A stretch of DNA of 64,000 nucleotides from Hypanus sabinus (taxonomy: Eukaryota), in the NCBI RefSeq assembly GCF_030144855.1, contig NC_082729.1:12462001-12526000 (forward strand), given 5' to 3'. The notes under the pieces were generated by a model. The model did no database searches and had not been told where the DNA came from. It was given only the letters and a program-made list of their open reading frames with translations. Shown piece by piece: positions 52,289-64,000 of the stretch (positions are counted from its first letter, which is position 1; each line of letters starts with the position of its first letter). A program made the position numbers and the translations under genes.

Positions 52289-53694
52289 GTGAGTTGGAAG
52301 TGGAGATAACTTGAGGGTATAATTACATATTCATGTTAACAATATTAGACTATGTTCTAAAGTTGGAATCTACTGTATAAAATAATAATGACTGAAACTT
52401 TGAAACACAAACATTCCATGTTTCTCTACCATTTTGATAGAACCATAGCATGGCTAAAACATAGGAGACTTCCACACTAGCTCTCTACCAAAGCAATTCT
52501 TCCATCTACCAGCCCATTCTCTGTAGCCTTGCAAATTTTCTCTACTGTTTGGTTATCTAGTTACCTCTTGAGGGCTATAATGGAAGCCACCATGTCATCA
52601 AACAGTGCACTCCAGATTCCAACCATGTTGCATTTTCCCCAAAAATAAGTTTCTTTCCATGACACTCCTAATTCTCTTCACTTTTATTTTATACCCATGA
52701 CCTTTAGGCCTTGATGCCTCCACCAAATGAAGCAGCCCTAAACTTTACATGCTTTTTAGACCCTTCATTTTACATGCCATCAAATCTGACTTCAGCCTTC
52801 TCCTCAAGTCACACCAAGTTTATTGCCATATAACGTATGTAGAAATGAGACAAAGTTCCTTCGAACCAGGGTGTAAAACAGTACATTTAACACATGAAAC
52901 TTGTGAAGGTAAGGATAAAATCTACAGATAAATCACACATAAGTAACAAACTAGAGTGCATTAATAATAAATATTGTAAGGTATTGAACAGATTAATCAA
53001 AGAAAGCTGTTCCAGTATCCTTATATTTTCAACATTCATTCCAGGAACTATGTTCTTAATTCTTCTCTGGAGCCTCTAAGGCTGTCCTACAATAGATCAG
53101 TCTATCGATCTCTGTAGGATTTTGTAAGGCTTCAGCACAATTTACAAGATCTACATAATATCACATGGAATGTTTCATTTTACAAATATTTTTATTCTGA
53201 ATAATCCATTTGTCTATATACATGTAAAGCCATCTTTTTCTGTTCTGTAACAAGAGATTTTTGGTTTTTTTTCGATTTGACAACCCTTATAATTATTCAG
53301 TTATGTGGCCATTATATGCAGAAAGCCGTAACTCCACAAACTTTATGTGTACAAAGGAACATATTACTGATGCTGGAAAACTGGAGTCAAAGCAGAAAAT
53401 GGCAGGTCAAACTGTGTGTGGAAAGAGCAATAAAGTTAATCAGAGCTAACCTGATGCATAAGCTCTGTTTCTCTCAGGCACTGCCTGATCAATCCTGTCC
53501 ATAACCATCCGAAATATAAACAAAATGTTGGAGCTACTCAGGAGGTCAGACTCCATCTGATATTTCACAGAAGGATATGAGCTGATGAGTGCAACCAGCA
53601 TTTTCTTGGTTTGTTTTCAGATTTCTAGTATGTGCAGTTTTTTTGGCTTTCTCCCCACCTCCCCCTTTAATTATAAATTGTGAATTAGCTTACA

Positions 53695-54230
53695 ATTCAA
53701 TTCAAGTTTAATTGTCATTCAACCATACATGAATACCCACGAATAGAGCCATACGAGACAGCATTGCTACGGGGTCAAGGAGCAAAACACAACGCAAAAT
53801 GCTTTCACGGAATAGGAGTCCGGGCGCCCCTCCCCTCTCAATGACACTGTGGCTTGATGTCCAGTCTTCACACATACAAGTCAACAAACCCATATAGAAT
53901 ATCAGTAAGATACAACGATGCAGAATGTGCATGTATATAGTCCAGACCTCCCAGCCCATTGAGATCATCTCTCGACTAGTCCTGATGTCTGACACCCACT
54001 AGGGATAGCACAGCTTTGAGGCCCAGTCCTCGTAAATACAGGCGCAAATAGAATGTTAGTAAAAACACAACCAGACAAATATACTCGTTTATAGTGCAAA
54101 ACCCTCAGTCCAACTGAAATCTTCAGTCATCCACAACTGAGCTGTGTCGCCTCTGGTAACAAACTAACATCGATAGTAACAGCATTAATAAATGTCAGAC
54201 AAAACTTGCAATATGTTGCAGCTGTAGTAA
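53695..54230 (-). mobile_element. Unclassified retroposon
   Basis: (TTCAA)n tail at the left end and a CpG-richer body. No protein motif recognised. Confidence 0.45.
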
Positions 54231-54314
54231 GTATCCATCAAAAAAAGTTACTTTACAACAGCTTAAGTTTGATTGGAAAGACAAGTTTTAACTACTAAAA
54301 TTGTGTTACTTTAG

Positions 54315-54429
54315 GTCCAGGAGAGGCTCTCAGCTTTTGAAAGAGAATGACCCTTCGGTACTCATATCAGAGGCATTGAAACGCAAGTTTACCGTACCAG
54401 ACAGTAGTATTTTTATGAAGGAAGATTGA
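54315..54429 (+). CDS. MTFR1L: MTFR1L last coding exon (SRRGSQLLKENDPSVLISEALKRKFTVPDSSIFMKED*)
   Basis: C-terminal motif LLKE.DP.VLISE.L.RKF, acceptor actttag, phase matches, TGA at 54427-54429. Confidence 0.93.
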
Positions 54430-55136
54430 TTTATGCAAGTTCTTCAAACATCAAGTAGTACCCACAACTCAAGTAAGTCTCAATTATGTACGCGGTGAAA
54501 GTTAGGTCATTGTTTAACTAACCCTTTCCATGAATAACAATTAAGACAGCTTGATTTTGTGCATAAATGACTTAAGAGAATAAGAAAGGGATAAATTCTT
54601 ATAATTCTTCAATAAAACTAGCTGCTGTAGTTAGGAGGTATGGCCAGATTGTCAAGTGAAAATTTCTTCAAGGGGCTGCAATATTTCTGATTGAATTCTT
54701 TGGGCATGGTATATTATAATTGTTCCACAGATTAAGGCAAAAGTTTCTCATGAAGATAGGCAATGTTACAGGGATGAGGAAGGGGTACAGTGGGAAAGGG
54801 AGAAAGAAGGCTAGCCAAGGAAGAAGCAGTGTTTTTAAATGATGTAGTGTGAGGGCAAATTTAGTGTTGCATTAGGAACTCCCATCATAGGGGAAGCAAT
54901 TAATGGGGATGTTTAATGGCAGGCATTTTACTTTGGGAATTGAATGGGGGGGGTGTGGGGAAGGGAATACAACAATGGAGGTTTTGGCTTCCATGTGATT
55001 CCAAGAATTGGTGATTTTCATGAAGCTGTAAAGAAGTTATTTCCCATATGGACTTTTCCCAGTATAAGTTAAACACTAAAATTAAAACACATCTGATAGG
55101 TTTGTTTTTGTCTCAATATTTCTGTCTTCACCTTAG

Positions 55137-57345
55137 GTCTCATAACAAGACCTGTTGATAGAAAACTGCAGTTATTTGGAAAGGACTGCTATACTCCAGT
55201 ATGCCCTGTGGACCCTACTATTAATACATAAAGGACCTGGAGCAGAACTGTGCCGATCAGGACACTCATGTTCTCTTTGCACTGCAATATTACAGGTTGT
55301 GGAAACAAGGTTATAAACGGAGCAAGCTTGTATTTGTGCCTTGACTGATGGAAATAGAGGAATGTCTTCCTTACCTCAGTTTTTCTTTAGGGGGGTGGGG
55401 TGGGGTGGTAGACTAAGATGGTAGAGGTGGAGATAAATTGGGCATTTGATTTAAGAAATAATTTTCCCTTATCTATTTTACATTCTCTCAACCACCACAC
55501 TGCACCCTCAGGGAACTGGGATACCCAAGGAAAATTCACTAGTTGAGGGGCTTTGTGGTTTCCTCAATTTCTAAATGACAACTTCTCTGTTTAACATCCT
55601 TGATTTTTGCATCCAAAGCAGCCCTGCAGATTTTCTCTTGTTTGTCACACCAAAGTGGATGGCTTTTTGAAATTTGAGAGAGTAGATGATTGCAGCACAA
55701 AGAAGAGACTTTGGGCCTATTTTACCATATTTACTCAAAATTGATTTCCACTGCTTTTAAAAAGGAATCTAATAGCTTTGTGCATTTCCAAGTGTTATCC
55801 ACTTACATTATTAAAACAGTTATCTGTAAAGAAAATATTTAGAAATAAAACCCAAGTATGGTCGGGTTTGCTGAATGTATTTACATGTACTGCCCCTTTA
55901 GCAACATGGGGGTAAAGATTTGATATGAGAAATGATCATCAGAACAGTGAATCACATCACCGTCCTTCAAATTCTTCTAGCTAAATTTAAAAAGTAAGAT
56001 GAAAGGTCACTGGACTATATATACACAGTCCAACAGGAAATGATTTACATTAGATGCATTAGCAGCACGTTGTTGCTAGCCAGCGCTGTAATTAGACACA
56101 TTGGACATGAAATGGGAATTGAATGGGCGCAATAGAATTGTGCTTGTGTTGCACTTCTAATATTCCCTTCTGCCGATACTAGTGTATTATCAACAAAGAT
56201 GGAAAAGGCCCCATGTTAGTGTAGAGGTTAGTGCGATGCTGTTACAGCTTGGGGTGTCCTGGTGTTGGGAGTTCAATTCCGCTGCTGTATGTAAGGAGTT
56301 TGTGTCTTCTCACGTGAACTGAGGTTTTCTTTGGGTGCTTCAGTTTCTTCCTATGGTTGACGGGTTAATTGGGCATTGTAAATTGTTATTTCATAGGGTA
56401 GGATTAAATCAGGGGTTTGCTGGGCTGCATGGCTCGAAGGGCCTATTCTCAATAAGTAATAAGGTTGCTGGGTGGTGTGGCTCGTTGAGCCAGGAGGGAC
56501 TGACTATTCCTTGCTGTTCTCTAGATAAATAAGTAAAATTAATATTTATTTCTGGATGGATTGCTTTCCTCTTGTTCTTTTTTTTAAAGGAAGACATTAC
56601 ACATTGCACAGAATTCATTGCTAATGTTTTTGTGCACAACTTGCACCTCCACTCACACTTAACTTATTTAACTAATGTGTTTAAGGTGTTGGGAATAAGT
56701 TCCTCATCATAGTGCCATAAAATTTGTTGATGTGCTTGGAGCTCTGTTACACAAACCAGCTGGAGTAACTTTTCCTAACACTTTTTTTTCTCCACCTACT
56801 ACCACCGCCAACCCTTACTCCCCTCAGTTTTGTTGTAATTATAGAACCTTTCTTTTTTGTTAGTGACTGCATTTTTAATTTTGGTGGGATTTTTTACGTT
56901 AACTTTTTTTTGTCAGCGAGCAAAGAAATCTTCGGATGAGCTAGCAGTAAATGTTTCAATTGGTAAATAAACAAGCTTTGGTTTTGGGAATGTAACATTT
57001 TGGGCCCAAGTACTTCAGTCGTGCACTATGGACATGCACAGATAACTAAGTTCATCCTGCATGTTTATGGTGCCACCTCAGACCGGATGGGTGAGAGTTT
57101 GGCATATTTATTCAAAACTATTTTAGTACTTAAATGTAATACTGCATTATTGAATGTTAATCTAGATTTAAGTGCTCATTTCACTCAATGTTAAAAGCAA
57201 TAAATGTATCAGCATGATGGGTTAACTATTTATTACATTTAAGAGGGAGATCTATTGAAATGGTTTTTCACCCATGTACTAAAAAGATTTTTTAAACATT
57301 GATATTTCTGAAAGTACCAATAAAAGAACTTAAAATATTTTGAGG
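55137..57345 (+). other. MTFR1L: Probable terminal 3' UTR exon of MTFR1L
   Basis: Donor CAA|GTAAGT at 54473 and acceptor ttctgtcttcaccttag|55137. Followed by a repeat-poor AU-rich tract ending at AATAAA signals. Confidence 0.55.
56213..56462 (+). mobile_element. HE1-like V-SINE inside the MTFR1L 3' UTR
   Basis: tRNA-like head with B-box ggagttcaattcc, V-domain and gaagggcct tail. Confidence 0.8.
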
Positions 57346-57390
57346 TTTCTGAACTCGTTTAGTTATATAATGTGTGTTTTTTTTTTGCAG
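57199..57390 (+). terminator. Polyadenylation signals of MTFR1L
   Basis: AATAAA at 57199-57204 and 57319-57324. The second is followed by a GT/T-rich tract near 57371-57387; dense repeats resume soon after. Confidence 0.55.
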
Positions 57391-57836
57391 CCAGCCAATT
57401 ATTTGGCATTATCCCAGCACCCACAGAATTTTAGTTAGTGGTTGGATGAAGGTTTTATTGTCTAATGTGTCTAGAACCAAGTAAGGGAAATATTTGTAAG
57501 TATAATCATCTTGGAGAATGGTTAGCAAGCTTGTCCAGTGAACACGACTGCTGTGATAATTCATCTCAGTACAGGTTACGTCAGTGCAGCTACAGATGGC
57601 CTCAGCACTGTAGATTGGAGAGGGCAAATTGTACTAGGGTAGCTTTCCCTGATGAATGCTAGGCCTTCTGAGAAGCAGTGCACAGACTTATTCAGATTTA
57701 GATTTTATTTAACTATCATATGTACGTCAAAACCTGCAGTCAAATATGTCACTTGCACCAACAACCAACGCAAACTAACGATGTGCTGGAGCAGCCTGTA
57801 ATTGTTGCCACTCATTTTGGGGCCAACATAACATAG

Positions 57837-58137
57837 GCATCCATTAGTCTCGTGAGACCATGGATTTGCGTCTTGAAAGGTTTTTCCAGGGCGTGGGCCT
57901 GGGCAGAGTTGTATGGGAGACTGGCAGTTGTCCAAGCTGTAAGCCTTCCCCTCTCCACGCCACCGATGTTGTCCAAGGGAAGGGCACTAGGACCCAAGCA
58001 GCTTGGCACTGGTGTCGTCGCAGAGCAATGTGTTGTTAAGTGCCTTGCTCAAGGACACAACACGCTGCCTCAGCTGAGACTCGAACCAGTGACCTTCAGA
58101 TCACTAGACCGATGCCTTATCCACTAGGCCATGCGCC
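57837..58137 (-). mobile_element. tRNA(Arg-like)-derived SINE with CORE-like domain
   Basis: Minus strand: A box TGGCCTAGTGG, B box GGTTCGAGTC, then tgtgtccttgagcaaggcacttaac. Nested in a Rex1 tail. Confidence 0.8.
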
Positions 58138-58894
58138 AACGCTCAACATGCCTACAACACAAGCAACAACAACAGCCACTTTTAAACTGCCTTCCCATAT
58201 GATAGGGTGGGAATGAGCAAAGGTTATATGTGGTTTTTTTGGTTTGAAAGTTTTCCACCTCAGATTTTTCTTCTAAGGTATTTATTTCCATAACTACTTT
58301 AAAAATGGGTCTTTCAGGTCTCACATCATTGGAATGTCTTTTTTTTTTTGGCTTAGGGAGACTGGCGTGAGCAAATCTCTAGTCGCATGTTGCCTCCCTG
58401 GAGCCAGGGTCAGGGATATCTCTGTGTAAGCACAGGGCATTCTGAGTGGGGAGTGCGAGCAGCTAGAGGTCGTGGTCCTTATCGGTTCTAACCGCATAGG
58501 CAGGAAGGGAGATGCGGCTTGGAAAGTGAAATTGGGATTTTATGCAGGAAGTTAAAATGTAGGGCCTCTAGGGTTGCAATCCCAGGATTACTCCCTGGGC
58601 TATGTGCTAGAGAAAGAAATGGGAAGGTAGTACAGTTAAAAGTGTGGCTAAAGGGCTGGAGCAAGCAAAAGTGTTTGCTTGTAGTAACATAGCTTACTGA
58701 GCTCTCTTCCAGGATAGGTGAGACAAATACAAGAAGAAAAGGTTGCACTTGAACTAGAGGGGAACCATATCCTTGCAGGAAGATTTGCTACCGCTACCAG
58801 GGAAGGCTTAAACCAGTGGGGCAGTGAAAATGAGAACCAAAGGTGTAGATTAGCAAGTGAAGAGACTGAAGCGGGAAGTAAAGGTTAGCTTAAG

Positions 58895-59502
58895 CATGTC
58901 TGGTGCTTCCCGATACGGCCTCCTCTACATTGGTGAGACCAGTTGAAATTTGGGGGACTTCTTCATTGAGCACGTCTGCTCCTTCCGCCACAAGCGGAAC
59001 TTCCCAGGGGCCAAACATTTTCATTCTGATTCCCATGCCCATTCCTACATGTCAGCCCACGGCTGCCTCTTCAGCCAAGATGAGGCCATCCTCAAGTGGA
59101 GGAGCAACACTTTATATTCTGTCTGGGCAGGCTCAAACCTGGTGGCAGAATATTGATTTCTCCTGGTTTAAAAAAAAATTACCGCACCTCCTTCCCCCTA
59201 TTCTATTCCCCACTCTAACCTTTTACCTTTCTCACCTGCCTATCACTTCCCCCTGGGTCCTCTCCTTCCCTTTCTCCTTTGGTCCACTCTCCTATTTTAA
59301 TGCCTTCTTCTCTAGCCCTTGACCTTTCCCATCCACTTTGTTTCACCTATCACCCTCCATCCTTCCCATCACCCCCACCAGACACCTTTCATCCTCCCTT
59401 CTCAGTTCTGAAGAAGGGTTTCAGGCTGAAAAATCAACTGTTTATTGATTTCCGTAGATGCTACCTGAGTTCCTCCAGCATATTTTGTGTATTACTTTGC
59501 GT
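58895..59502 (+). mobile_element. Penelope-like element 3' end: GIY-YIG remnant plus pLTR with hammerhead
   Basis: ggcctcctctacattggtgagacc translates to GLLYIGET. Hammerhead motif at 59403-59440. Confidence 0.88.
59403..59440 (+). ncRNA. Minimal type I hammerhead ribozyme relic
   Basis: CAGTT-CTGAAGA-agggtttcaggct-GAAA-aa-TC-AACTG. Stem I and core are intact; stems II and III are decayed. Confidence 0.6.
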
Positions 59503-62500
59503 ATAGCTGATCGGAAGGGCAGACAGTGAGCACATTAGAGCTGATGGACTGAAGCATATGCAAGGTGTTTTACAGGTACAGTAAGTCAGATGGCTAGATT
59601 TATATATGGAACTCCAATACTGTAGCCATTACAGACACTAGGCTGAGAGAAGGGTTATTATATTATTAGGCTGAAGCTGGGGAGAGTAGATTGAAAGCAG
59701 CTATTTGGCAACTTCACAACTGGCATGTGGGACTTGTTTTAAGGCCAGCTGATCAGAATTCAGGACCAGCACATTCCCATGAGGAAGAAAGCCAAGGATG
59801 GCAAGGTTCAGGAAACTTGGATTGGAGAATTGTTGCAAATTTAGTCCAAAGCACTTGGGAAGCTGAAATTAGACAGGGCTTTTGAAGAAATATAAAAGAA
59901 GCAGGGAGGGAACTTAATTAGGGATTCAGGAGAGCTAAAAGGGGCCTTGAAAAGTCCTTGGCAAATACGAGTAAGGAGAATCACTATGTAATTTGCTGCT
60001 TACATTTAAAAACGAGAGTAGGACCATTGAAGGGCAAAGGAGGACATTTATGCCTGAAGAAATGGATGAGTACTCTGAGACCGTATTCACCAAGGAGAAG
60101 GACGGATGATGATGAGATCGCAGAGGGCTTTGCTGATGTTCTAGGAGAAGAAGTGGTTGAGCTACTTGAAGCATTTAGTATCAAAGTATACAACTCTGAA
60201 ATTCTTCTTCTCCAGATAGCCACGAAACCAAGGGAAAAAAAGAACAGCAACATGATCATTAACCCCCAAATCTCCCTTCACCCACACAAAAAAAGAACAA
60301 CAATGAAACAGGAACATAGACTCCCAAATCCTCCTCTCCCACCCCCCTAAAAAAAAGGAAGTTTGGCCAAAAAATCACAATTATAGAAAACTGTGGTTGA
60401 ATTTTTAAGAAAAAGTTCATAGTCCAAGTCCATATCCAAAATGCAGAAAACCTTTGTAATATTTTTCGGGCACAGTGGCAGGCCACACAGTCTCCCCTCT
60501 CTGGCAGCAGAGTGATCCTATCAGCGACTGAAAGGCAGGTAGCAGGTGCGTTCACCTTCTGCACTTGCCTCAATGTTTCATGATCCATCTCTGTTTTAAT
60601 CGGTGAACAATGGAAGCTTTTGTGAAATGGAGTTGGCCATCGGCTCAAGCCCCCCCCCCCCCCCCCAAGCAGCCTCCTCACCATAAGGTTCACACTCGCT
60701 GCCTCCCGAATCCTCTCGGAGACAGCAAAGCAGTGGATCTCCAAACTGCAAATCACAGGCACCAGCAGTTCCAGAAACACATTCAAGGTGAAAAACAGAT
60801 GTAAAGGACATAAAAGAAGTGAAATAAATAGTTTTGTGATCTATCCAGAAGATGGCAACCATGGGGCTGTTGTACCAGGACATCAAGAAGCTGAAGCGTA
60901 TTATGATGGGGAAGTCCCAGGGGCGTGAGGAATCTATCCCAGGCTATTGAGAGCGGCGAGAAAGTAGATTGCTGGGGCCTCGACAGAGATCTTTGTATCG
61001 TCTCTAGCTATAGGCAAGGGCCTTGGACTGGAGAAGAACTGCATGAGTTCCCCTGTTCAGGAAGGGAAATGGAGACAAACCAGGAAATTATAGGCTGGTG
61101 AACTTTGCATTAGTGGTATGGAAATTATTTGAGAAAATGCTTGGGGATAGAATCTTGAAGAACATAGACTTAGGTCCTTTGTGGTAGGCTGATCCCGAAG
61201 AATAAGGCACACGGGTCTATGGGATCCATTTACTCGGTAGATTGAAATCAGAGTTGGTCCTAGAACACACGAGAGTGGTGGGAAGGTGTTATTCTGATGT
61301 GAGGTCTGACTAATGGTGTTTTTACAGGGATCGGTGCCGAGACCTGTTGGTAATGTACATGATTGACATGAACGAAAATGTAAGCTGGCTGTTTAAAAAT
61401 AGCTGAGTTATGGATAGTGATTGTTTAAAGATTCAGCAGGATGTAGAGCAGTAGGCCATGTGGGCAGAGAAGTGGCAGATGGAGTTTAGTCCAGACAATT
61501 ATGCGGAGTAAGAGGTAAGTGTACAGTAAATAGCAGGACCCTTCGGAGCATTGATGGACTGTACAGACTGATCTTAGGGTGCAAATCCATTGCATCGAGG
61601 AAGTTGCAGTATTGGTAAAGAAAGTTTGTTGCACACTGGCCTTCGTTGGTATGGGGGTTGACTATAATTGTCGGGAAGACGTGCCGCAGCTGTATAAAAC
61701 TTTTGTCCAGCCATATCTGGAGTATTGTGTGCACTTCTGGTCATTACAGGAAGGACGTGGAGGTTTTGAAGAGGGTGTGGAAGAGCTTGGCTGTGACATT
61801 GCATGGATTGAGAGCATTAGCTGTAAGGAGAGGTTGGACCAACTTCGATCATTTTCGTTGGAGCGTCGGAGGCCGAGGACATATCTGATTGAAGTACGAG
61901 AGGCGTAGACAAGCAAGAGTATGTAGTCAGTCTTTTCCCCAGGATGGAAATGCCAAAACCCAAAGGCACTAGATTTCAGGTGGGGGGGGGGGCGGGTTGA
62001 AAGGAGATTTACATGGCAAGTTCTTTTTCCTGACTCAGAGTGGTTGGTGCTTGAAATGTGCTGTCAGGGGAGATGATGGAAGTAGATACAGTAGCAATGT
62101 TTAAAAGACATTTAGACAAACACGTACAAGTACACCACATGCAGGCAATTTTGCAATTTAAGTTGGTACCACATGCAGCACAGACATTGTGGGCCAAATG
62201 GCCTGTTCTTTCACTGTGCAGTTCTAAGAATTTTAATACAAATCTGCAGGAAAAATATGTGCCAGCTGAGGGCAGCATTTCACAATAGTTGAACCGTGTT
62301 GATGCCAGAACTGCAATGTACAATGTGATCTGAAACAGTAACAGATTTTCTTTCCACAGATGCTGAACTTTTCCAGCTTTTCCTGTTTTTAATTTCAGAT
62401 TTCTTTCTCCCAGTGAGAGGAGAAACAAAAACAAGAGATGATGTAAACCTAAAGTAAAAATTGCCAGTGATGGAAATGTTTGGTAGAACAGGCAGCATCT

Positions 62501-62539
62501 GTGAAGAGACAGAGCTGAAATTTCTTTCTTATGCATATG

Positions 62540-63050
62540 TAGATGTACAATTCTACAGATGCACACTAACTGGCTGCATTACTGTCTGGTACGGTGGTGG
62601 GGGGGGGGGGGGTCTATTGCAAAGGAACAAAGTTGCAGAAAGTCATAAAATTAGTTCGCTCCATGGGTATTAGCCTCCATAGTATCCAAGCCATCTTCAA
62701 GAGCGTTGCTTCAGGAAGGTGGTGTCTATCATCAAGGACCCTTGTCATCCAGGACTTTCCCCCTTCTCATCAGGGAGGAGGTACTGAAGCCTGAAGTCAC
62801 ACACTCAGTGACAGGATCAATTTCTTCTCTGACAGCAGATTTCTAAAAAGACAATGAACCCATGAACACAACCTCACTATTTTAAAGTTTCTGTTTTTGC
62901 ACTACTTACTTTAACTTAACTTTAATATATGTATGGATGTACTTACTGTAATTCAGTTTTTTCTATATATTTATCATGTATTGCATTGTACTGCCACTGC
63001 AAACTTAAGTTTTGCAACATATGCTGGTGATATTAAACCTGACGCTGATT
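62540..63050 (+). mobile_element. Rex1/Babar 3' fragment
   Basis: FYRC..LTGCITVWYG motif and ggtgatattaaacctga tail. Confidence 0.85.
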
Positions 63051-63329
63051 AAAATTCCTTGAACAGCGAAAGAGCACATACAAATAATTCTATATTCTTT
63101 CCATGTTTACTAACTTGCGTAAATGCCAAGAATTTTCCATTGCTTTAAATGACCTAAATCAAAACTTGTTTTCCTTACTGAAAGGATATTCTTATCCTCT
63201 TATTTAAGTTGTAGACATTTCCTTATTAATTTCCTTACGAATAGACAGTGCTGTTAGTGGCTTTGTGTTACAGCTACTGTAATTGCCAGCAATATGCTGA
63301 AGAGACTCAAGTAGAAGTGAGACAATCCT

Positions 63330-63880
63330 GCTCTGCCATTTAACAAGATCGTGACTAATCCAATTTTTGGTGTCCACAATTTCTCTGCAAAATTGCTGAT
63401 TCATTACAGTTTAAATATTTGTCTTGTGTTTTACCTTGAACATTTTCAGTCATCTCACCTCTACAACATTCTGGGATACAGAAGTCCAGAGATCAATAGC
63501 CTTCAGAAATTCTTTCTTGTCTGCTGGGAAGGGTAAATTCTGAATTTTGATAATCCCACTGGTGGGGGAGCATCCACTCTCAATCTCATTGGCTTTAATA
63601 AATTCACTTCTTATTTTCCTAAACTTCAATGGGTAAATGCTCAATCTCCCCAGACATCAACCCCTTTAGATCAGGAGTCAACCTACTGAGCCTTCTCTGC
63701 ACCACCTTTCGTGCAAGTCTGTTTTTCCTCGAGTGTCTAAGGTGTCTATACTTTACTTCATGCAAGTATTCCAGGTGAGATCTTGCCTGCAAAGAACTTC
63801 CAGGGGACCAGGTTCCTTCCCATAATAAGGTGACTAGAACTGAACACAATACTGCAAGCGTGGCTTAACCAGTGTTTACC
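63330..63880 (-). mobile_element. Old CR1 3' fragment
   Basis: Reverse CR1 motifs gtgactagaactgaacacaatact and tgcaccacctt. Confidence 0.7.
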
Positions 63881-63939
63881 AAAAATTAAATTTTGTTTTA
63901 ATAACTCTTAATCTTTCAGTATAAGTAACAAGATTAGAC

Positions 63940-64000
63940 AAGTTAGAGAAAAGCAACGCATGCAAAATGCTGGAGGAACTCAGCAGGTCAGACAGCATCT
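63940..64000. mobile_element. Penelope pLTR, cut by the window end
   Basis: aaaatgctggaggaactcagcagg motif. Confidence 0.75.

Larger units (their letters stand above)
58355..62225 (+). mobile_element. Old, heavily decayed near full-length CR1 with two nested insertions
   Basis: Esterase remnant (tgcctccctggagccagggtc), RT remnants 60900-61900 and CR1 3' end. Inserts at 58890-59500 and 60173-60891 (possible TSD TGAAGC). Confidence 0.85.

Noticed and set aside
54427-54429. Selenocysteine UGA in MTFR1L
   Set aside because: The position matches the expected C-terminus of MTFR1L and I could not identify a SECIS element in the UTR.
58065-58137. tRNA-Arg gene
   Set aside because: No proper acceptor stem or poly-T terminator; it continues into a SINE body.

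Overview
Vertebrate nuclear DNA with spliceosomal introns and very dense transposon content. The repeat mix (HE1-like V-SINEs, CR1/HER1-type LINEs, Rex1/Babar LINEs, Penelope pLTRs) suggests a cartilaginous fish, probably a ray (inference). The only host gene I can support is a complete + strand MTFR1L (FAM54B) gene. It has a CpG-rich CCAAT promoter near 29.3-29.5 kb, a non-coding exon 1, five firm coding exons plus one probable upstream coding exon (39.1-54.4 kb, about 299-312 aa), a probable intron inside the 3' UTR, and poly(A) signals near 57.2-57.3 kb. Most other recognisable sequence is nested mobile DNA: a near full-length CR1 (18.5-22.7 kb), many CR1, Rex1 and L1/Tx1 fragments, SINEs, solo LTRs, Tigger/Tc1/hAT MITEs and two Penelope families. 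The most notable hidden structure is a 38-nt minimal hammerhead ribozyme motif with a loop-less ACGT helix III, present in at least 8 decayed Penelope pLTR copies; a second Penelope family carries an independent hammerhead relic. Hammerheads in Penelope elements are an established phenomenon, so this is a local instance rather than a new class. No prokaryotic system, CRISPR array, rRNA or true tRNA gene is present. Family names come from recalled consensus motifs, not a database search.
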